This document shows, piece by piece, positions 52,111 to 60,920 of a stretch of DNA of 64,000 nt. Source of the stretch: an uncultured Butyrivibrio sp. (GTDB lineage: Bacteria; Bacillota; Clostridia; Lachnospirales; Lachnospiraceae). Positions within the stretch are counted from its first letter, which is position 1; every line of letters starts with the position of its first letter. The position numbers and the translations under genes are program-made. A model generated the notes under the pieces. It had not been told where the DNA came from and searched no databases. It was given only the letters and a program-made list of their open reading frames with translations. The stretch lies in assembly GCA_910577605.1 (NCBI GenBank), contig CAJTON010000007.1, positions 2,244 to 66,243 of the forward strand. The letters run 5' to 3'.

Positions 52111-52890
52111 ATGATCAGAATCGAAGAGTTTTGCGATATGAACAAATTTGAGGAAATCATGAGCAACTGGGCTGCCAGTACGGGACTTGCGACGGTCGCC
52201 GTCGGCGCGGACGGTCAGTACATAAGCGGCTGCTATAATTTTACCGAGTTTTGCATAGACTTGACCAGAGGGAGCGCGGAGGGATGCCGCAGATGCGAGA
52301 AGTGCGACAGGGAAGGAAAAGGAGTTTATAACTGCCATGCGGGGCTTGTTGATTTTGGGATTCCGATAACGCTTGACGACGGTACTGTTCTCGGCAGCGT
52401 GATAGGAGGGCAGGTCCTTCCCGAAAATCCCGACGAGGATAAATTCAGGCAGACGGCAAGAGAGCTTGGAATTAACGAGGACGTATATATAGGGGCGCTG
52501 CGCAAGGTCAATATAAGGACGAATGAGCAGATAGAAGCGTCAGCGAATCTTCTCGGCGACGTTATAAATATGTTCGTGCGCGCAAGCTATACCGCTATGG
52601 AGAGCCGCAAGCTGCTTGAGGAATTGCAGTCTGGAATACATAAAGCCGCCGAACAGATAGTTGTCGCCAACGAGAATACAAAGCTTATAGGCTCATACAG
52701 CCATAAGCAGAAAATACTTGCGCTTAACGCCAATATTGAGGCGGCGCGTTCCGGAGAAGCGGGCAGAGGATTTTCAGTCGTGGCTACCGAGGTAGAGAGG
52801 CTTGCGCAGAATATGGACGCGACAAGCAAGGCGATAAGCGACGCGCTTGTCGTTCTGACCGAAACCATAAATAACCTTAACAGCAGATAA
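52111..52890 (+). CDS. Soluble PocR-domain chemoreceptor with short MCP signalling domain
   Basis: FTEFC, YNCHAGLVDF, GGQV; ILALNANIEAARSGEAGRGFSVVA; no TM. Confidence 0.88.
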   Translation: MIRIEEFCDMNKFEEIMSNWAASTGLATVAVGADGQYISGCYNFTEFCIDLTRGSAEGCRRCEKCDREGKGVYNCHAGLVDFGIPITLDDGTVLGSVIGGQVLPENPDEDKFRQTARELGINEDVYIGALRKVNIRTNEQIEASANLLGDVINMFVRASYTAMESRKLLEELQSGIHKAAEQIVVANENTKLIGSYSHKQKILALNANIEAARSGEAGRGFSVVATEVERLAQNMDATSKAISDALVVLTETINNLNSR

Positions 52891-52965
52891 AACGGAAAAA
52901 TTCAAATATGAGCCGCCAATCTGAATATTCCAGAAGGACCTGATGTCCTTACAAAATTTAAAAAT

Positions 52966-53000
52966 AATCCGTCTGTCTTACAGTAGACAGACGGATTTCT
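52966..53000 (+). terminator. Intrinsic terminator-like hairpin
   Basis: AATCCGTCTGTCT-loop-AGACAGACGGATT perfect 13-bp stem. Confidence 0.7.
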
Positions 53001-53312
53001 TAATTTAACAGTTTTGACGGTTAGCAGGAGAACAATAATGATTGTAATTGATATAGATACAGCGACTGGGAATCCGAATAAAATACGCCTGTTGTCAAAT
53101 GACTGGAACGCAGTGCTTTTATTACAAAATGAATGTCATATTCCTTTTTTAGGTATAGGGATATACTGTAACTGGCAGATAAAGAGATCTTAAAAATACC
53201 AACTTATAGATTCAAATACTATTATCCGTATTTATGATGGTGTATTTGGGCTATAGAAGAATGTCTTAGAAACTTACCTAACTAAACAAAATACGAGGCT
53301 GAAATTGCAGTC

Positions 53313-53341
53313 TTGACAAAGTAATAGCTAAAATATATGAT
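53313..53341 (+). promoter_or_regulatory. Sigma-A-like promoter of lysozyme-lipoprotein pair
   Basis: TTGACA-17bp-TATGAT. Confidence 0.65.
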
Positions 53342-53390
53342 TAATTTAATCAAAAGAAATTATACAAAATAGAAATGGAGGAGAATAGAA

Positions 53391-54320
53391 GTGGATATGA
53401 AAATAAGCCGAGATGAATATAATTGTTCATATCCTAAATATTTGCGTACAGGGCAAAACTCTTTAACGGATGAGAAATCCACAGCCGAAAGCGGCATAGG
53501 CTTTTCGGAAAACGCGGCAGTCTATGAAAAAGGCGAATCATATGATTTTGGTACATACAGTGCTGATTCGGTGCAGACGAAAACATTGCCTGAAAGCGCT
53601 CTGAATTCAAAAATGAAAACATATCTTAACGCCCTAGGCTTTTATGACGGAGAAATGGGCGGCAGTTATACCGAATCGTTCAAAACAGCACTCAAATGCT
53701 TCCAGAAAGCGTACTTCGGGACAGTGATGTATTCGGTCAATAATAAAGTTGTAGATAAGCTTAAGGAGAAGATCGAGAGCGTCGGTACTGCGTATTATAC
53801 TAATCTTTTGAGTGATAAGACAGCAGAGGCGCTTAAAAAGCTTGGTTTTATCGATCCCACAGCAGAACGTAAACAAAATTTTGCCCGTATACAGACATTT
53901 CTTGAGAAAGGGATGGGATGTACAAAATATCAGGTGGCTGGGATTATGGGGAATATAATGCAGGAATGTAGGTTTAATCCAATGTCAAAGAATGATGATG
54001 CGCTGGGAATACTACAGTGGAAAGGCAACAGAAGGATATATTTAGATGATTTTGCCCAAAAGAACGGTTGTTCATCTGAAAATATAGGTTTGCAGTTTGC
54101 GTATTTCAGATATGAGGTAAGCAGCAAATGGGGGACGGACTGTTTGGGAAGATATGCGGAAAATTCTGAGATTGTTGAGGGATGGAACACCATAAAAAAT
54201 GATTATAAATATAATTTTTATATGGTATCGGATATTTTTCAAGATAAAATTGAAAGTTGTCCTCATAACCAGCAGGAACGAAGGGATTATTCCAGCATGA
54301 TTTATCAGGCAATATGTTAG
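53391..54320 (+). CDS. Peptidoglycan-binding domain plus phage-tail-type lysozyme protein
   Basis: LNALGFYDG..GSY..FKTALKCFQ (PG_binding_1-like); AGIMGNIMQEC.FNP, GILQW...RR, LQFAYFRYE (phage tail lysozyme-like); no signal peptide. Confidence 0.78.
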   Translation: MDMKISRDEYNCSYPKYLRTGQNSLTDEKSTAESGIGFSENAAVYEKGESYDFGTYSADSVQTKTLPESALNSKMKTYLNALGFYDGEMGGSYTESFKTALKCFQKAYFGTVMYSVNNKVVDKLKEKIESVGTAYYTNLLSDKTAEALKKLGFIDPTAERKQNFARIQTFLEKGMGCTKYQVAGIMGNIMQECRFNPMSKNDDALGILQWKGNRRIYLDDFAQKNGCSSENIGLQFAYFRYEVSSKWGTDCLGRYAENSEIVEGWNTIKNDYKYNFYMVSDIFQDKIESCPHNQQERRDYSSMIYQAIC

Positions 54321-54338
54321 AAACGGGGGAGATAAGAA

Positions 54339-55223
54339 ATGAAGAAATTATCGGTTTATTTATTGATATGTGTTATCGGAACTGTATTCGCCGCCTGCGC
54401 TAAAGGAGGTTCTGCGAAAAACTCTGGAAACGGTGTACCGGAAAGCGAGAGAGTGTCGGAAAGGCAGACCACGCAATCTGAAACTTCCAAAGAGCAGAGA
54501 GAAACAAAGACACAACCTACCGAAACTGACGATCCGGCGGAATACGAGCTTAACACTGTCGAGGCACTTGAGGATGACGGTAAGGAGATGAGTGCGGCGG
54601 AGGCGCTCAAAAGCGCGATGGAAGGTAAACATTCGGTGCTTGAGCTTACATACAGGGAACGGTTATTTTCGCTGACAGAGGGCGACGGCTGGCAGCAGGC
54701 TGATGAAATAAAGGATATGCCTGATGCGGGACTTGCGAGAATGAATATGCTTACCTATAACAGAGGGGTTGGTCTGGCGATAGTCCCGATTAACGAAGCA
54801 GGATGGAAATATTTTGTGTGCGTTGATTTGGACCAGAACGGAACAAGGGAGGTGCTTGTATATGGAAACCCCGGGGGAGCGGCTCTGCATTATGCCGGAG
54901 GAGAGGTTTATATGACGGTTATTGATGAAAGAAGCTTTCCGAACGACGTATATGAAAACGGTGTGTACCGTCGTGACGGAGGCGGGGTCGGATGTACGGC
55001 ATACGACAGGTTATATCCGGCAAAGGGTGCAATGTATTGTAAGGTAATGGCATACAGTGCGGATAATGAGGGTTTGGTAACCCCGTCCGTGTATAAGGTT
55101 ATGAATAAAGAAGTTACCAAGGAAGAGTATGACGCTTACCTTGAGGAGCTTATAGGCGGCTTTACGCCGCTTGAATGGCACGAATTTACAGAAGAAAATA
55201 TAAACAAATATGTCGTTGACTGA
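54339..55223 (+). CDS. Lipoprotein of unknown function (candidate immunity protein)
   Basis: MKK-hydrophobic-FAAC lipobox, acidic linker, VDLDQNGTREV loop. Confidence 0.75.
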   Translation: MKKLSVYLLICVIGTVFAACAKGGSAKNSGNGVPESERVSERQTTQSETSKEQRETKTQPTETDDPAEYELNTVEALEDDGKEMSAAEALKSAMEGKHSVLELTYRERLFSLTEGDGWQQADEIKDMPDAGLARMNMLTYNRGVGLAIVPINEAGWKYFVCVDLDQNGTREVLVYGNPGGAALHYAGGEVYMTVIDERSFPNDVYENGVYRRDGGGVGCTAYDRLYPAKGAMYCKVMAYSADNEGLVTPSVYKVMNKEVTKEEYDAYLEELIGGFTPLEWHEFTEENINKYVVD

Positions 55224-55309
55224 AAAATATGGAAGGCGGTATACTCTTTACCGGGGACTTGGTAGAGTTAGTATGTAGGTAAGGTTTAAATATGCTACAA
55301 TGTTTTTAA

Positions 55310-55387
55310 AAGTAACCCTGTTATGCTGTTGCATAACAGGGTTACTTGACGATTTGAGCCGCGCTGAATGCTTAGCGCGGCTTTTTT
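55310..55387. terminator. Two tandem hairpins between convergent units
   Basis: 17-bp perfect inverted repeat AAGTAACCCTGTTATGC/GCATAACAGGGTTACTT, then AGCCGCGCT/AGCGCGGCT plus T tract. Confidence 0.7.
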
Positions 55388-55395
55388 ATCTAAAA

Positions 55396-56148
55396 TCAAA
55401 GCTCGATTTTTCTGTGAGAGAAAGCTCCTGTAATGGGCAATACCAAAATATAAGCAAGTGAGGCAATCAGGCAAAAGGACAGCTTTTCGTCCGTGACGGA
55501 AACCTTGGAAATTTCACCCATGAAGGAAGAGACCCAGAAGTCTGCCGTCGAAAAATCCTTGAATTTCATAAAGGAATCAAGCATTCCGAGCAGCATATTG
55601 ACAATCATTGGAACAACGATGGTGGCAGCGATGGACAGACCGTTTTTCCGTATCAGCGAGCTGACAAAGAAAAATAAGAATATGTTTGCCATACAGACCG
55701 TGTACTGGACGCCGATAATATATATTAAACGTGATCCTTCCAAATTGGCAGTACCGAAATAAGCCCTTCCGAATATAAATGCACACAGCATAACGACGGT
55801 AAACATAATTGTCGTACTTATCCAGACGGATATAAGCTTTGAAAAATATACCCGTTTCCTTGAATATCCTCTGGCATATATGTTTTTGATAGTTTCCTGT
55901 TCATAATCGTTGCAGACGCATAACGCGACAAATATTCCCGCGACCAGAAGAAAGGAACTGCTGTTTAAAGAGCTGACGATAATATCAAAGCCTGAAGAAC
56001 TGAATTGTCCGGCAAGCTCAGAGTTTTTTGAAAGCGCGTCGGAGGTCAGCACCGATAAAAACAGAAGTCCGACCATGACAAGCGTACATATGTAAAAGCT
56101 TTTTTGTTTCCTGATTTTTCGCAGTTCAAGTTTTAATAAATTTTTCAT
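55396..56148 (-). CDS. ABC-2 type permease (bacitracin/lantibiotic-type)
   Basis: MKNLLKLELRK, DYEQETIKNIYARGYSR..KL; about 6 TM. Confidence 0.85.
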   Translation of the reverse strand: MKNLLKLELRKIRKQKSFYICTLVMVGLLFLSVLTSDALSKNSELAGQFSSSGFDIIVSSLNSSSFLLVAGIFVALCVCNDYEQETIKNIYARGYSRKRVYFSKLISVWISTTIMFTVVMLCAFIFGRAYFGTANLEGSRLIYIIGVQYTVCMANIFLFFFVSSLIRKNGLSIAATIVVPMIVNMLLGMLDSFMKFKDFSTADFWVSSFMGEISKVSVTDEKLSFCLIASLAYILVLPITGAFSHRKIEL

Positions 56149-56149
56149 A

Positions 56150-57040
56150 CTATTTTCCCAGCCTTTCAATAAAGAAATCTTCAAACCCGATACTTTCATT
56201 TTTCATTTCGTAAACCCTTACTCCGGCGTTTACCAGCGCGATATTTATTTCTGAATTGTCCTTGACTTCGGACAAAACGGAAAGTCCGTTTTCTGAAAGC
56301 TCAAGATGCAGCTTTGGATCGTACGCATTCAGCGCATAGGCGGCTTTCCTGCCGTCGTCCGTGACGATTTTAAGAGATGTCCTGCATTTATCTGATAATT
56401 CTTTTGAGGTGATTTCTTCAACAAGAACTCCGCCAGAAACAATGCCGTAGCGTGTGGCAATTTTACCAAGCTCGTCAAGCAGATGGCTGGAAATAACGAA
56501 GGTGACTCCTTTTTTGTTCAATTCCAAGATAATGTCACGGATTTCCTTGATTCCGGCAGGATCAAGACCGTTGATCGGTTCGTCAAGTATTAGAATTTCG
56601 GGATGCCCCAAAAGCGCAATGGCAATTCCCAGACGCTGGCGCATACCCAGAGAAAATTTTCCTGCTTTTTTCCTTCCGGTGTCGGCAAGCCCGACTGTTT
56701 TTAGAATTGATCTTATCTCCTTGTCAGAGGTGTCAGCGAGCATGGCGAAACGCTTCATATTTTCATATGCTGTTTCGTTTTTATAAAGACCGGGCGCTTC
56801 GATAAGAGAACCTATGTTTCTTCTCGCATGATTAAGATCTGTATTGCCGAAAAAACGGATTTTGCCTTCGTCAGGTAATGTAAGTCCTAAAAGAAGCTTC
56901 ATAAGACTTGTTTTGCCCGCGCCGTTTTTTCCTATGAGTCCGTAAATGTCTCCTTTTTGAACATGGACGGACATATGGTCTACGGCGGTTTTGTTTCCGT
57001 ATTTTTTGGTCAGTCCGTTGGTTTCGATTACATATTCCAT
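56150..57040 (-). CDS. ABC transporter ATP-binding protein (BcrA-like)
   Basis: GKNGAGKT, FSLGMRQR, LDEPINGLDP, SSHLL. Confidence 0.92.
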   Translation of the reverse strand: MEYVIETNGLTKKYGNKTAVDHMSVHVQKGDIYGLIGKNGAGKTSLMKLLLGLTLPDEGKIRFFGNTDLNHARRNIGSLIEAPGLYKNETAYENMKRFAMLADTSDKEIRSILKTVGLADTGRKKAGKFSLGMRQRLGIAIALLGHPEILILDEPINGLDPAGIKEIRDIILELNKKGVTFVISSHLLDELGKIATRYGIVSGGVLVEEITSKELSDKCRTSLKIVTDDGRKAAYALNAYDPKLHLELSENGLSVLSEVKDNSEINIALVNAGVRVYEMKNESIGFEDFFIERLGK

Positions 57041-57066
57041 AAACGATCTCCTTATTTCTTGACTTT

Positions 57067-57110
57067 TATATGAAACAGATGTATCATATAAACGCATACA
57101 AGTGTATCAC
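57067..57110. promoter_or_regulatory. Putative TetR operator pair
   Basis: TATATGAAACAGATGTATCATATA near-palindrome and second site ATACAAGTGTATCA between divergent genes. Confidence 0.6.
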
Positions 57111-57173
57111 ATTGGAGCCTTCGGGTCAATAGAAGTAAGCCTTGCTGAAACAAAGGAGGGTAAACTGTATCAT

Positions 57174-57689
57174 ATGAATAAGAAGCAGGAAGCCAACGCG
57201 CTGGTTATAGAATGTATTACAGAGGCGCTTTTGGAGATGATGGAGAAGAGACCGTTCAATTCGATCACGATAACGGACCTGACAAAACGGGCAGGCGTCG
57301 GCAGAGTATCCTTCTACCGTAATTTTGAGAGTAAGGAGGAGGTTATCCGAAGACATTTAAATAATCTGATCGACGAATGGTCAGGGCAATATGGGGATAC
57401 CGGACAGGAGCCGTCCGGTCTAAACGAGAAAATGTTTGAGTATTTTTATCAGAACAGAGAACTGTATATAATGCTTTACAGACAAGGTTTGGCCCACATA
57501 AGTCTGCAAAGCATTATGGATGTCTGCGGTCCGAAGCCCGAGCAGCCGAATGCCCTTGCATACTTTACTTCGTTCATTGCGCACGGCATTTATGGCTGGA
57601 TAGAGGAGTGGTTCAAAAGGGGAGTACAGGAAACTCCCAAAGAAATGGTCGCGCTTTACGAGCAGACGCAGAAATCCGACTCTAAATAA
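57174..57689 (+). CDS. TetR/AcrR family regulator
   Basis: ITITDLTKRAGVGRVSFYRNFESKEE. Confidence 0.9.
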   Translation: MNKKQEANALVIECITEALLEMMEKRPFNSITITDLTKRAGVGRVSFYRNFESKEEVIRRHLNNLIDEWSGQYGDTGQEPSGLNEKMFEYFYQNRELYIMLYRQGLAHISLQSIMDVCGPKPEQPNALAYFTSFIAHGIYGWIEEWFKRGVQETPKEMVALYEQTQKSDSK

Positions 57690-57735
57690 AACATTTTTGC
57701 ATTGTCCGTGACGGAGACTGCAAGAATGCTTGCGG

Positions 57736-59328
57736 TCAGTTTCTGGCAAACTCGGTCAGCTTAAGCCCCTTGTTGCGGTCGAGGACCATTCCCACGCTCC
57801 ATTCGTTTACAAAGAGCAGGAGAGGGCGATCCTTCAGGTCTTTTATTTTTTTCATATCCGAGGTGCCTGTGATGCGGTCAAGGTCTATCTCTGTGGGATT
57901 ATCTATCCACCGTATATATTCGTAAGGAAGCGGTTCAAGGCGTATCTCCACATTGTATTCCGATTCAAGGCGGAATTTGAGCACGTCGAACTGGAGCACT
58001 CCGACCACTCCAACGATTATTTCCTCCATTCCGGTGTTGTACTCCTGGAAAATCTGTATCGCGCCCTCTTGGGCTATCTGGTTTATTCCCTTAATGAACT
58101 GCTTGCGTTTCATGGTATCTATCTGACGCACTCTCGCGAAATGTTCGGGCGCGAAGGTGGGAATCCCTTCGTAGGCGAATTTTCTGCCGGATAGCTCAAG
58201 AGTGTCGCCGATAGAGAAGATGCCGGGGTCGAATACTCCGATTATATCTCCGGCGTATGCCTCCTCGACTATCTTGCGTTCGGACGCCATAAGCTGCTGA
58301 GGCTGCGAAAGCTTGACCTTTCTGCCCCCCTGAACATGGTTCACCTCCATGCCCGCCTCGAATCTGCCGGAGCATATGCGCATGAAGGCTATGCGGTCGC
58401 GGTGCGCCTTGTTCATGTTCGCCTGTATTTTGAACACGAAGGCGGAAAAATCCTCGGAGAACGGGTCGATAACCCCGTCGGAGGAATTGCGTGGCAGAGG
58501 AGAGGTCGTCATTTGTAAGAAGTGCTTGAGGAAGGTCTCCACTCCGAAATTTGTGAGCGCCGAGCCGAAAAATACCGGAGAAAGCTTTCCGGCGCGGACC
58601 GCCTCCATATCAAATTCAGCGCTTGCGCCGTCCAGAAGCTCGATGTCCTCAAGAAGCTTGTTTTTGAAGTGAGAGCCGATCTCGTTTTCAAGTTCGGGCG
58701 ATTCCAAGGGAATATCCCTCTCCGCGACCTCCTTCTGACCGTTCATAGCCGCGGTAAAAGTGGAGATTATTTTCGTGTCGCGGTCATAAACTCCCTTGAA
58801 TTCCTTTCCCGAGCCTATCGGCCAGTTTATCGGGCAGGTGCTTATTCCGAGTATGTTCTCGATCTCGTCGCACAACTCGAAGGGGTCGTTCGCGTCGCGG
58901 TCCATTTTGTTTATAAAAGTAAAAATCGGGATACGCCTCATAACGCAGACCTTGAAAAGCTTGATGGTCTGCTTCTCCACACCCTTGGAGCCGTCGATCA
59001 CCATGACGGCGGAATCCGCAGCCATAAGCGTCCTGTAGGTGTCCTCGGAGAAATCCTCATGTCCGGGCGTGTCAAGGATATTTATACAGTAATTGTCATA
59101 GTTGAACTGTAAAACGGACGAGGTAACGGAGATACCTCTTTCCTTCTCTATTTCCATCCAGTCGGAAACGGCGTGCTTGGCGGTTTTCTTGCCCTTGACA
59201 GAGCCAGCGAGATTGATCGCCCCTCCGTATAAAAGAAATTTTTCCGTCAGCGTCGTTTTGCCTGCGTCGGGGTGGGATATGATCGCAAAAGTCCTTCTTT
59301 TTTTGATTTCGTCATTTAATTTAGTCAA
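57736..59328 (-). CDS. prfC: Peptide chain release factor 3
   Basis: RRTFAIISHPDAGKTT, DTPGHEDFSEDTYR, HRDRIAF. Confidence 0.97.
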   Translation of the reverse strand: MTKLNDEIKKRRTFAIISHPDAGKTTLTEKFLLYGGAINLAGSVKGKKTAKHAVSDWMEIEKERGISVTSSVLQFNYDNYCINILDTPGHEDFSEDTYRTLMAADSAVMVIDGSKGVEKQTIKLFKVCVMRRIPIFTFINKMDRDANDPFELCDEIENILGISTCPINWPIGSGKEFKGVYDRDTKIISTFTAAMNGQKEVAERDIPLESPELENEIGSHFKNKLLEDIELLDGASAEFDMEAVRAGKLSPVFFGSALTNFGVETFLKHFLQMTTSPLPRNSSDGVIDPFSEDFSAFVFKIQANMNKAHRDRIAFMRICSGRFEAGMEVNHVQGGRKVKLSQPQQLMASERKIVEEAYAGDIIGVFDPGIFSIGDTLELSGRKFAYEGIPTFAPEHFARVRQIDTMKRKQFIKGINQIAQEGAIQIFQEYNTGMEEIIVGVVGVLQFDVLKFRLESEYNVEIRLEPLPYEYIRWIDNPTEIDLDRITGTSDMKKIKDLKDRPLLLFVNEWSVGMVLDRNKGLKLTEFARN

Positions 59329-59542
59329 TTTTTTTCCCTCTGATATTTATTTCCGCGGGCAATGAGCCAAGCGGATGTGCCTGCACGTACAGTTGTAGAA
59401 TACCAAATACGGTAATTATTGTAAATCACTGTTTTATATTTTATTACATAAGGGCGCGCAGCTCAAGCCGAATTTCAAAAATCGGGTTTGATTTTGACGT
59501 AGCGGTGTGCTATCATTGGAACGGTAAAAAGGGGGAGTTTAT

Positions 59543-60304
59543 ATGGCTGTAACAATTATTTTCGGAATACTGGCTGTCGTCTGCGCGGCATATTTTTTTG
59601 TAATTATAAGCTATGCGGGACTGTCCTCGTCGTTTTCGGCGGTGTGGCTTGCTGCGGCGGTAGTTTTTGCGCTGATCGCGGTGGCGGCTTTTATCGTTAG
59701 GCGCAGACATATATCCGTTCCGGCAGGATTAAAGGCGGCGTTTTGGGCTTTGCTTGCCGCGGCGTTTATTTTCTTTGCCGTTGTCGAGGGCTTTATAGTT
59801 TCGGGAATGAATTATAAGACCGAGAGCGGGCTTGATTATGTCATTGTGCTCGGAGCGCGCGTGCGCGGCACGACGATCACCAGATCTCTTGCCAAAAGGC
59901 TTGAGAAGGCGCTCTGGTACCTTGAGGAAAATCCCGGCACTGTGGCTGTCGTTTCGGGCGGACAAGGAAACGGGGAGGATATATCCGAGGCGCGGGCGAT
60001 GCGGGATTATCTGGTTGCCAAGGGTATTTCCGAGGACAGGATAATCATGGAGGATAAATCGACCAATACGGGAGAAAATATTGATTTTTCAATGAGGCTT
60101 ATCAAAGAGAACGCCGAAACGGATACTCCGCGCATCGGCATAATCACGAATAATTTTCATGTGTACAGGGCGGTCAAGATATGTGAGGGCAAGGGATATG
60201 ATGTCAACGGAATTGCCGCTCCGTCGGATGAGATACTGTTTTTGAACAGTCTGGTCAGGGAATTTTTTGCGGTGGTCAAATACAAGCTTTCGGGAGCAAT
60301 TTAA
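59543..60304 (+). CDS. YdcF/DUF218 family membrane protein
   Basis: VIVLGA, SGGQG, ISEA, STNTGEN, TNNFHVYRA, RE. Confidence 0.88.
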   Translation: MAVTIIFGILAVVCAAYFFVIISYAGLSSSFSAVWLAAAVVFALIAVAAFIVRRRHISVPAGLKAAFWALLAAAFIFFAVVEGFIVSGMNYKTESGLDYVIVLGARVRGTTITRSLAKRLEKALWYLEENPGTVAVVSGGQGNGEDISEARAMRDYLVAKGISEDRIIMEDKSTNTGENIDFSMRLIKENAETDTPRIGIITNNFHVYRAVKICEGKGYDVNGIAAPSDEILFLNSLVREFFAVVKYKLSGAI

Positions 60305-60333
60305 AAACGGCGGTGTTTTTTTCACAAAAAGTC

Positions 60334-60362
60334 TTGAATTGCGTTCCGGTTTGTGATATATG
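60334..60362 (+). promoter_or_regulatory. Sigma-A-like promoter of T-box leader
   Basis: TTGAAT-17bp-TATATG with extended TG. Confidence 0.5.
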
Positions 60363-60379
60363 TAAGATAATACATACGA

Positions 60380-60600
60380 ATAACGCGTTGACGAGACGAG
60401 CAGCATAATGAGAAGGCGCAGAGAGGAATCGGGCGGTGCGAGATTTCCCGGACATTATGTGAATACCAGCTCCGAGCGGCCTCAATCCGGCCCGGTGATT
60501 CCGTTATAATCATATGAGACGCTTTCCGGCACGCCGGATCGCAATTAGGGTGGAACCGCGGATATATCGCCCCTTGCTTTTTGCAGGGGGCTTTTTGTTT
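60380..60600 (+). ncRNA. T-box riboswitch, Thr (ACC) specifier
   Basis: AGAGAG and GGTGCGA stem I motifs, GAAT-ACC specifier at 60465-60467, AGGGTGGAACCGCG T-box at 60547-60560, terminator 60569-60595; upstream of thrS. Confidence 0.92.
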
Positions 60601-60692
60601 TTTCTAAGCAAAGTTTTTTACCGCGTAAGCGCGTATATACTTGCGCGTGCTGCGGATATAATAAATTTAATAAAAAAACGGAGGTAATCATT

Positions 60693-60902
60693 ATGAGAAT
60701 CAAAGACAGGACAGAGGACGTTATCAAGCTTCTTGACGAGGAGACCACGAAAACCAATAAGGAGCTGCTTATCGCCGCCGGAATATGTACGGTCGTAGGA
60801 ATAATAATCGGATTTTTTATCGGAAAGGCAACGACGGCTAAAAACACCATTAAAAAGTACAATAAATGCTATTCCTATGACTTCGGCGACGAAGAGGAAT
60901 AA
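60693..60902 (+). CDS. Small 69-aa single-TM protein
   Basis: GGAGGT RBS; LLIAAGICTVVGIIIGFFIG helix; acidic tail. Confidence 0.75.
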   Translation: MRIKDRTEDVIKLLDEETTKTNKELLIAAGICTVVGIIIGFFIGKATTAKNTIKKYNKCYSYDFGDEEE

Positions 60903-60920
60903 AAGAAGGGATGTTTTAAA

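Noticed and set aside
53391..54320. Prophage remnant suggested by the phage-tail lysozyme domain
   Set aside because: No structural, holin, integrase or other phage genes flank it
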